Shown here in pieces: positions 1-8,500 of a stretch of DNA of 17,100 nt. This DNA is from Elusimicrobiota bacterium (GTDB lineage: Bacteria; Elusimicrobiota; Elusimicrobia; F11), in contig JBJXGI010000075.1 in NCBI GenBank assembly GCA_046153645.1, forward strand, positions 1-17,100, in the 5' to 3' direction. The translations under genes and the position numbers were made by a program. The notes beneath the pieces are model-generated. The model saw only the letters and a program-made list of their open reading frames with translations. It was not told the origin of the DNA and ran no database searches. Every line of letters starts with the position of its first letter. The first letter of the stretch is position 1.

Positions 1-209
1 TAGGAGCAAAAGGTCGTTATCGACTACATGAACATTTGGACGGTGGCAAAATGCGGCCAATTGAAGTTATTGCCGCTATGGATCGATGTTTTCAGCAAAG
101 AAGACTTTTAGAAGGACAAAGTACCGAAAATATCTCTCATCATAGCTTAATTGAGCAAATAGATGCGGATCGCGAAAAGTTGATGAATGCATTAAGGTTA
201 CTAGAATAG
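1..209 (+). CDS. 3' end of an ORF truncated by the window edge; phage-type hypothetical protein, possibly small-terminase-like
   Basis: Frame starting at nt 3 is open to TAG at 207-209 (...GAKGRYRLHEHLDGGKMRPIEVIAAMDRCFQQRRLLEGQSTENISHHSLIEQIDADREKLMNALRLLE*). It is co-oriented with xis/int. The RRLLEGQSTENI segment resembles motifs I recall from small phage proteins. Confidence 0.6.
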   Translation, partial: GAKGRYRLHEHLDGGKMRPIEVIAAMDRCFQQRRLLEGQSTENISHHSLIEQIDADREKLMNALRLLE

Positions 210-235
210 TAAATCCTATCTGACAACAAAGTAAT

Positions 236-460
236 ATGATTGAACCACGTTTATTAAAGGCTGATGAAGCTGCCCAATACCTCAATTATCATTATGAAAC
301 TCTATATGAGTTAGCCCGGAGGGGCGAAATTCCAGCTGTAAAAGTGGGTCGTTCCGTTCGCTTTGATCGCCTAGAATTAGATAAATGGGTAGATAAAAAG
401 ATTGCCGAATCACATGAAGAAGCCTTAAAATCACCCTGGAGCTATAAGAATCGATTTTGA
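236..460 (+). CDS. Excisionase-like HTH DNA-binding protein (HTH_17/MerR-like Xis family)
   Basis: LLKADEAAQYLN...TLYELARRGEIPAVKVGRSVRFDRLELDKWV is the typical excisionase HTH signature; it lies directly upstream of the integrase. Confidence 0.9.
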   Translation: MIEPRLLKADEAAQYLNYHYETLYELARRGEIPAVKVGRSVRFDRLELDKWVDKKIAESHEEALKSPWSYKNRF

Positions 461-480
461 AATATATGGAGAGAATCTGA

Positions 481-1530
481 ATGGTCAAAAAAATCAAAAG
501 GGGGGAAAGAAAACAAGATCGTTGGGAAGCAAATTTTTACTTGGGCAGTCGTCGGGTTAAGAAAAAATTTTCGACCTACGATGAAGCGGAAAATTTCGAA
601 ATTCAAGAAAAAGCCAAGTTCAACAGCGGTGGATTTTTGCCGCTTCAAAAGAACGACCGAACCCCGTTTGATAAATATGCTGAGGAGTATTACCGTATCT
701 TTGCTTCGGTCAACATGGTCAATCCAAAAATAAACGAATTTTATCGCATCAAAGAATTCAAAAAATATTTTAGTGGAAAGCCGTTGTGCTATATTAAACA
801 GCGTGACATAGAAGAATGGAAAGCCATGATGATAGGTCAGGGCAAAAAGAAATCCACAATTAACCGTTCACTCACATCTCTACGTAGTCTTTTTAACCAA
901 GCTGTCAAAGATGGAAAAATCCGTGAAAACCCAACTAGTCAAATTAAAAAGCTTCGAGAAGATAATCAACGTATTCGTTATTTAACTGAGCAGGAAATCC
1001 ATCAGTTATTGGAGGGCGCTACACCGAGACTTCAAGACTTCATCATTTTAGGTGTAAATACTGGATTGAGAAAGCAAAATCTCATAGATCTTTCATGGAA
1101 TGACGTCGATACCATCGCAGGAGTTATCCATGTGCTTAAAACAAAATCTGGCAAAGCATATGAGGTTCCAATGAACGAGACAGTTTTTAGGTTAATACAG
1201 AGATTGGCTGAGTTGCAAAAATGCAGTTCTGTATTAGATACGATAAATTTGAAACGCGAATGGGAGACTGCTGTAAAAGCGGCAGCGCTAAAGGATGTCA
1301 ATATTCATACTTTGCGGCACACCTATGCCAGCCATATGACGATGAAAGGCGTGGATATATTTACTCTTTCGAAGTTGATGGGACACGCCGATATAAAAAT
1401 GACACAACGCTATAGCCATCTTGCTCCAAACTTTAAGAAAATCGCCGCCAATATGATTAATTTAACAACCAAAAATGTGATCGAAACTAATGAGACGTCA
1501 AACCAGCTTGCCACTTTTTCGTCTAATTAA
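481..1530 (+). CDS. Tyrosine recombinase / phage integrase
   Basis: Full catalytic set: TGLR (R), KTKSGK (K), HTLRH (HxxR), LMGH (H), TQRY (Y). Also an N-terminal arm-binding-like region and a SAM-like core-binding region (KKSTINRSLTSLRSLFNQAV). Confidence 0.96.
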   Translation: MVKKIKRGERKQDRWEANFYLGSRRVKKKFSTYDEAENFEIQEKAKFNSGGFLPLQKNDRTPFDKYAEEYYRIFASVNMVNPKINEFYRIKEFKKYFSGKPLCYIKQRDIEEWKAMMIGQGKKKSTINRSLTSLRSLFNQAVKDGKIRENPTSQIKKLREDNQRIRYLTEQEIHQLLEGATPRLQDFIILGVNTGLRKQNLIDLSWNDVDTIAGVIHVLKTKSGKAYEVPMNETVFRLIQRLAELQKCSSVLDTINLKREWETAVKAAALKDVNIHTLRHTYASHMTMKGVDIFTLSKLMGHADIKMTQRYSHLAPNFKKIAANMINLTTKNVIETNETSNQLATFSSN

Positions 1531-1532
1531 AT

Positions 1533-2132
1533 ATGCAGCTTTCTGACGAAGAAAAAACGCGATTTCATAAAGACGTTATTGAAAACAGCCGAATCGTTGG
1601 CCCACAGATGGCCAATTGGCTTGCGAGAGCTGAAAATTCAACAAAAAAAGTTGCTGAAGGAAACAGAGAAGTTATTCCAATATTTTGGATAACGATTTAT
1701 GGATTGCTTTCGGATTTTGCGGATTTTATAGAGGAACATGCCGAGTTTATGGCTAAACATCCTGATAGGGTAAAGAAGGCTGGATTAAAAATAGATGAAT
1801 TAGCACCAGTCCAAGCGTCGTTAAAAAATTTATTAAAAGTATTTGATTATGACGAATTAATTTATCTCCAATACCGCAGGCATGTCGAATGCCACCCGCT
1901 GCAGAGCGCATACAGGCTAAGAGTTCGAGACGGGCGGTTGGTAGATCAAGTAAATCACAGGTTAATTAAATCGGTTGCAACAGTGGATGAAACGAATGCT
2001 GCGATTGAACGTGTTCTTTTAAAGTTTAAAATTGACGAAAATAAAATTGCAGAAAACTTTGCGAAACGCTCATTAATCGCAGTGGGTATATTAAAAAGTG
2101 ACGCATTGCCGGTTTTTGGATTGCCTTCCTGA
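1533..2132 (+). CDS. Hypothetical cargo protein, HEPN-like candidate
   Basis: 199-aa ORF starting 2 nt after the integrase stop; apparently helical; contains RHVECH (R116-H121, R-[NH]-x3-H). Confidence 0.6.
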   Translation: MQLSDEEKTRFHKDVIENSRIVGPQMANWLARAENSTKKVAEGNREVIPIFWITIYGLLSDFADFIEEHAEFMAKHPDRVKKAGLKIDELAPVQASLKNLLKVFDYDELIYLQYRRHVECHPLQSAYRLRVRDGRLVDQVNHRLIKSVATVDETNAAIERVLLKFKIDENKIAENFAKRSLIAVGILKSDALPVFGLPS

Positions 2133-2192
2133 TGAGCGTGGTGTTTATCATCGGGTCCGGAGATGTTTTAGGTTCTGATCTCCAAACCTAAC

Positions 2193-2211
2193 TGGAACCG
2201 ATATGGTACCG
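2193..2211 (+). repeat. Putative integrase arm-type binding sites
   Basis: TGGAACCG (2193-2200) and TGGTACCG (2204-2211): a direct repeat with 11-bp period about 45 bp inside the att core. Confidence 0.45.
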
Positions 2212-2256
2212 GTAAAATGAAAACGCTTGAATCACAATAAGACGGAGACACCATTA

Positions 2257-2303
2257 GCACCCTTGGGGTGGGTGAGGTCGCGGGTTCAATCCCCCCGCTC
2301 CGA
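2257..2303 (+). pseudogene. 3' half of tRNA-Pro(GGG); att site remnant
   Basis: Anticodon arm CACCC-TTGGGGT-GGGTG (2258-2274, anticodon GGG), variable AGGTC, T arm GCGGG-TTCAATC, then C-run and GCTCCGA acceptor 3' strand. There is no D-arm, the T-stem 3' side appears to lack one G, and there is no CCA. Confidence 0.85.
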
Positions 2304-2331
2304 AATTTAGAAATCAGGAGATTACTTACTT

Positions 2332-2436
2332 ATGACAAAAAAACTTTTCTATAGAATATTCTGCTTTGGACTGGTGACTTTATTCTTTATTGCAAGCCCC
2401 GTTTTAGCAAAAGCGTCCTGTATCGTTGGTAATTAA
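2332..2436 (+). CDS. 34-aa small ORF consisting almost entirely of a signal peptide
   Basis: AGGAG at 2316-2320, then ATG 2332: MTKKLFYRIFCFGLVTLFFIASPVLAKASCIVGN*. It has a basic n-region, a hydrophobic h-region and a P-V-L-A cleavage-like site. It is not listed in the ORF track. Confidence 0.5.
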   Translation: MTKKLFYRIFCFGLVTLFFIASPVLAKASCIVGN

Positions 2437-2492
2437 CAACTTTAAACGACTGCTCAGGGTATTGCATTAGCAAATTGAACTCGTAACCATCT

Positions 2493-2512
2493 TTGTAACG
2501 GTTTGTTTACAA
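2493..2512. promoter_or_regulatory. Palindromic candidate operator upstream of the giant gene
   Basis: Perfect TTGTAA-N8-TTACAA inverted repeat ending 64 bp before ATG 2577. Confidence 0.3.
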
Positions 2513-2576
2513 CTGTATAGTAGAAATTAATCCAAATTAAAGTCTATTTTAAAGCGGTTTTCATAAAATTCTTATT

Positions 2577-5500
2577 ATGAAAAATCGCGGGGTTGCACGA
2601 CTATTAGCAATTACACTGGTTGCCATTTTTTTTACAAATCAATGTGTATTTGCCCACCTACATGAATTAAGTTTATGGAAAAAACGTCCTGCTGAACCCA
2701 AAAAAACTCAATTTATTTCGCCGTTTCCTTTGGTTCAACCCGTCCTGCCGCAACAAATAAAAAAAGAGATTCCAGAAAAAATAATCACAGATTTAGCGCC
2801 TCTTTTAAATGAACTTACTTCTCATGAGGGAACGGTTCGAAATATTTCCTTACCAAAATTATTCCATAAAAATAAAGTGATTCTTCATATTCAAGATATT
2901 CATATGAATCATGAGGCTCAGAGAAATATTGCTCGAACCATCCAGAAATTGGTGCAAAGTAATCAAATAAATTTGATTGCATTAGAAGGTTCGTTTGGAC
3001 CTATTGACTTTTTGGGGTTTCGCCATTTTCCATCTCAAGACATTGTTCGAACAGTAGCCGATTACTTATTGAAAAAACATGAAATCTCCGGCCCCATTCA
3101 CACAGCCCTGACCAGCCGGAACACGATGCCGAAAATCATAGGCATCGACGATAAAGCTCATTACGATGCCAACGTTGACGCTTATCGCCTTTCTTCTCAA
3201 GTATTGGATAAAGTAAAAGAGCACCTTTTAAAAGAACAGCAAGGTTTAGAAAAAGAAAAATATAAATTATTTAATTCTGAACTTATTAACTTTGATCTAC
3301 AGGTAAAAGCCTATCATCAAAAATATCTCTCAATAGGGGCTTATGTTCAGTTTTTGGCCAAACACAAGGTCTCTCTTTCTCCTGAAGTAAAAATTTTTCT
3401 TGAAGCACTCGCATTAGAATCAGTTTTTAATTTTTCTGCTGTTGAAATGGAGAGGTCTCATCTTTTAAAAGTTTTGCTTCCAAAATTAACTGTTGGGGAA
3501 AGCACTCATCTAACCAACACCAGTCTTGCTTCTCGTATGGGGCATTTGCGAAGCGTGGATTTTTACTCCTATCTAAAAGATCTTTGTCAAAAGAAGAATA
3601 TCGCCTTATCTCAGTTTCCTGCAATGAGCTCATATGTTCGTTATATCCTTTTATCTGACTCGATAGATATGGATAAGGTCCTTAATTCCATCAAAGAAAT
3701 GGAAAATAATATTTACGCCGCGCTAGCAAAAACCCCAGAACAAAAAAGATTGGTTCAAAAATCTAAATATTTTTATTTGACCAAAAAATTAGTTGATTTT
3801 TCTTTGACAAAAGAAGAGTGGGGGGAATATAAATTAATGGAGCCCTCACCCTCCCCTCTCCCGCACAGCGGGAGAGGAATTAATATTTCTCCGTTTGAAA
3901 ATTTTTACAAACAAGCGGAAATTCGTGATGAAAAAATGGCGGAAAAACTACTAAAAACCGTACTTAGTCAAACCAACGACGTTCTTAGTCCTCAATTTCA
4001 AAAACCAAGTACGCCTCTCATCTCAGTTCTCGTTACCGGCGGTTTCCATTCCGCTGGTATTGACCAACGCCTGGTTAACGCGGGTTACACCGTTATCCAA
4101 TTTACGCCCAAACTAACCAAAGTCAATTCTAAAAATGGGACAGCGTATTTAAGCGTCTTTGCTCAGGAAAAGACACCGCTTGAAACACTTTTGGAAGGGG
4201 AGAAACTGTTTCTTGCCCGTAGTCCCACTCATGGTGTTTTTTCTGGTGCCGGCGCTATTGCGGCAATAGCCAATGAACCCAATCATATTCATGATCTTCT
4301 TCCTCAATACACAGGTAAAATTAAACTACGTCCATTAGATGATTCCACAAATGGAACCAAAAATACTGCTGTTGTTTTCGCGTCAAAGGATAAAAAGGAT
4401 AAGGCCACGGTTCATGTTTCATGGCATAACAGGGGAAGTCTTCTTGTCGTTGATAAAATTACAGATGCTGTTTTTAAAAAACCAGACCAAGAATTTGAAC
4501 GTATATTCGACTTTTGGAATTTCATTAAGAATCATCCTTACAGTAAACGTCCCATTGAAAAGATAATACAAATAACCGGTGTTATGCTCGGAACATCGAC
4601 TGTTTTGTTGGTGCAAGCAAGCGCGCCATTTTTTCTCGTAAAGGTTTTACCGTCTTTTTTTTATGCACCTATTTTTTATTGGTCATTGGTAAGTATCATT
4701 TATGTGTTTATTCGATTTTCTATTTCACCTCGTTGGAAAGCCTCGTGGCGAGCTAAAATTTTTCTCGCTCAATTTTATCTCCCCAGTTATCTTATTCATT
4801 CTTTTGTAACTGCCTTATTCCTTTTCACTAATTTCTGCCTACGCCATATGGGAATAAATATTCGCTTGTTGCCCTTAGTCTTAGCAGAGGATCCTGAGGA
4901 TGATGAAACCCTGCTTAATGAGGCTTTTGATGAATTAATGAAACCGCATATAGGTAAAAGGGCAAGTTATGATGCTACTAGCTCACTGGAATCTATTTAT
5001 AACCTTAAATCTTCTCTCCTAAAAGAACACATATTGTTTTTAGCTTTATCACATCCTTCATCTGATATTCGATTAATGGCCGCTGAATTTATCCAGGGCT
5101 TGGAACATGAAATCGCATTTGAAAAATGGGTCGAACAATTTAAGAGCCCCTTACTCCCTTCTCAGCCAGATCCAAGATTCTCTGGGAGGGGAGACCCTCA
5201 AATTTCAAGACTTAATGCCAGAGCCGCCATTCTTTTTGGCTTGGACCGCATTTACTATTACAATATGGATCTGATCTATGAAATATTAAATGACGACGCA
5301 AAAAAATGGAATCCTGAAACTGAAAAAACACTTCTTGCTCTTGCAGAAAATGAAAAATGTCCATTGGGGATCCCGGAAAATTTATCAATGTTAGAAGGAT
5401 TATTTTTGTTTAGTCGCTGGAGAGAGAAACATATCGTTAATGCGGACAGCGGGAATTACAAATATGTGAAATTGGCGATTGATACCATTAAATGGCATTC

Positions 5501-8500
5501 TCCAACTGCAACAGAGGTTTTTACCCCTATTCTTTTCCCAGTCATTGCGAAAAAAGGCCCTCTTACTCCGGATGATTTATATTCCTTTTTGCTCGAGCAG
5601 CTGGCCAGTGAATTTTCAACAATTCCACCAAAAGACCGTTCTGCCGCCGCCCTCTTAAACCTTTTACCTCCCGAAGAAATCGATGACCGATTGGTTTCTC
5701 TTGAAAACACGCTGAAAATAATTATTGCAAAAAACAAAAGGACCATAAGGGAAATCATAGCGTTATCTGACATAACCGATGAAGAAAAAGATTTTTTAGT
5801 CGCTTGTCTTGCTAGTCCGGCAGGAGGGGGCGAAGAGGGTGTTACTGATGACCCCATTCAAGTTTTATCTGTTCTTTTGGATAAACGAGAGGAGATTGTT
5901 CAAGCTCTCTTTAATAAAGCAGTTTCAAAATATCAAGACGATGAAAATTTAGAAATAAATATTACATTGCGCAATAAACGCATTATTAAGATTGCTTCAA
6001 ATTTTTTAAAGGAAGAATGGCTTCTCAGTTTTATTGGTGAAAAAGACAGGCAAATGCTTCAGACATGGCCGGTCATCTTCGGTACTCGATCTTTGAATAT
6101 CTTGGAACACTATCTGTATCTCTTAGACGACGCTCAGTTTGAATCTTCCTTAAAAAACTTAGGCTCAAATGGAGATGCTGAATTGTTACGGATCCTCACG
6201 GGCGCTGTTGACTTTATCTTTTTTGAATGGATCTCTGCATTTTCAAAAGAAATGCAATTAAAAAATAGGGCCAGTGAAATAAATAAAATCGCCCCACTGC
6301 TAGAAAAATTTCAATCAGGTGTTGATACGGTGGCCTCACTTCCGGTTCTATCAAATTCTTATTTTACTATGGATGTGAGAGAGCTTATTAATTTTGAGCG
6401 AGAAGCTATTTCGTTTATACCTGGATATCCAGAAGCTTCAGGGCCGGCCACCGCGTTACATGTGTTATGGGCGCTTCGTTTTCACTCAGGTTCTTCCCCT
6501 GATGATGAACGCACGTTCAATTCAATTGATTATGGCGTTCTTGCTCTGTGTCTTAATGAGTTAATGCCAAAATTACTACTCCCAAATCCTGATAATGATC
6601 TTCTTGAAAAAGTATTGATAATGGTTTTGGCCGACCCGTACGTGATGCTTAATCCATCTAAATTACAATCGATCGCTCGGTTTTGGAAAGCACCAGGAGA
6701 GCCTGCTCCTATTCTAACCGGAGATGATTTAAATAAATACACCGTACTCATTAATCAAATGCGCCCCATACTTTTAGACTATATTGAAAAAAATTCCCTT
6801 GTCGATATAATGCCCGATCAACTTTGGCCTTACGCAACTTCTGTCCCTTTTTCTGCAGATTTCTTTTATATTTCTCGTTTAGCAGTTCTTTTAGACTCAA
6901 AAGTAAAAGGATTCTTATTTGAAAATCGTTTTCACAAAGAAAAAAAATCAGAATTAAATGAAATAACATCAACAGAAAATTGGCTCTCTTTCATTAACAA
7001 AATTGCAGAGATCCTTATTCCAAAAATACATCCATCCGCAGACGCATTTTATGCTCCACCAGATAAACTTTGGATCAGGTTAAAAATCCGTGAAATGGCC
7101 CGCTTGCTTAAAGTAAAGCCGCTTTCAGAAATGAAGTCTATTACTGAGAGCGAAGGTTTACTCGAACTTACAATCAAGTATTCAGCAGTTCCAGTAGGAG
7201 ATCGATCCGCTAATGCCTTGCTCAATCTTCTTATTTCTGAAGAAAGCGATGGTCAATTTCTCTCTCTTAAAAAGGCTTTAAAAATAATTATTGAACAAAA
7301 TATAAGAACCATAAGTGAAATTAGAGCTATCCCTGGCCTAACCGATGACGAAAAAGATTTTTTAGTCGCTTGTCTTGCTAGTCCGGCAGGAGGGAGCGGT
7401 GTGGATGATTGGAGGCAAGTAGAAATTTTATTAGACAATGCCATCCAAACCTTGGCGGGAAGTTATACTTCTGAAGAAATATTAAATAATGCCATTGATT
7501 TGGTTTTAAGATCTCCTTCATCAAAAAAAAGAAACCAAGCGATATTTTTTGCTTTATCTCATCCTGTAACTGATGTTCGAAAAAAGGTAGGTCGATCCAT
7601 AAAAATATTAACAGATATTCCTATTGAACGCTGGATAGAGCAATTTCAAACGCCAGATATCCCAGATGAAGCTGATCCGAGAATTTTAAATAAAAGAGGA
7701 AGAGAAATTGAAAAACGAATATCTAGGTCTAATGTTAGGGCTACTATTTTGTGGGGAATTATGGAACTTTATGGCTCTCCACGACAGCACCTGAATGAAA
7801 TTTTAAATGATGGTATAAATGAATTAAATACGGAAAATAAAATAAGATTATTAAAAATGGCTCGCGACAGTATTGAATTTCCATTGGGAATTCCGGAAGA
7901 AATTTCTCTTGTTGAAGCAATGTTTCTTTTTCTTGAATGGTACGACGATCAAAAACCTTCCTCAGCAAATGAGATTGTTATCTATATGTATGTCTTTCAT
8001 GCCATTGAAAAAATCCGTGAAAAAGCAGATCCCCAGATAGACCGAGTTCTTTCTGTTTCACCTGAACAGTCAATTCCTGATCCTAACACCCTTGCATATT
8101 TTATGGTCCGATTGGGATGGTTAGACCGCGTGGGGGGAGAGCGCCATGCAGAAAAAATTGGTGCGGTGGGCATGATTGCCGAGATGGGAATATTATTTGG
8201 GCTTATTAAAGGTGCGTTATGGATTAATCGTGCGCTTGAAACTCATGTAATTGGTGTTATTTTTATTTTCGCCTTCCTCATAGCCTTATCATTTGTTCAC
8301 GCTCGTTTATACCGAAGTCTTATCAACAAGCAACGTCGTTCTCGTGGAGAGCCGGAGTTAACAGTTTGGGACGCTGTGGTTGTTCGTAGTATTATCCGCC
8401 ATCTTATTTTCTTTTCTACTTATCTTCTTCCTTTTTTAGCTTCGTCACCTGTTGAACTACAATTTTCATTTGCGGTCGCATTTTTTGTCCATGCTCTCTA

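Larger units (their letters stand above)
1..2303 (+). mobile_element. Right end of an integrative element (prophage/satellite) inserted at tRNA-Pro(GGG)
   Basis: xis-int pair followed by a partial tRNA-Pro copy, as expected for the duplicated att core. The left boundary is outside the window. Confidence 0.8.

Noticed and set aside
2168..2191. TTAGGTT-N10-AACCTAA inverted repeat as a terminator
   Set aside because: Weak AT-rich 7-bp stem, long loop and no U-tract on the plus strand.
2243..2303. Complete functional tRNA-Pro starting at CGGAGAC
   Set aside because: Only 15 nt lie between this start and the anticodon stem (about 26 needed), there is no D-arm, and the T-stem is broken. It is treated as an att remnant.
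5154..5193. Imperfect hairpin CTCCCTTCTCAG...CTGGGAGGGGAG as a second REP-like insertion
   Set aside because: It needs two G-T pairs and a 16-nt loop, and the peptide aligns with module A' without a clear insertion.
5773..7394. CRISPR array or DGR template/variable repeat pair
   Set aside because: There are only two copies 1.5 kb apart, both in frame within one CDS, with a single mismatch and no cas or reverse transcriptase gene in the window.
5456..7444. Antisense ORFs 5456-5857 and 7253-7444 sharing PPAGLARQATKKSFSSSV
   Set aside because: They are shadows of the plus-strand direct repeat, with no independent coding evidence.
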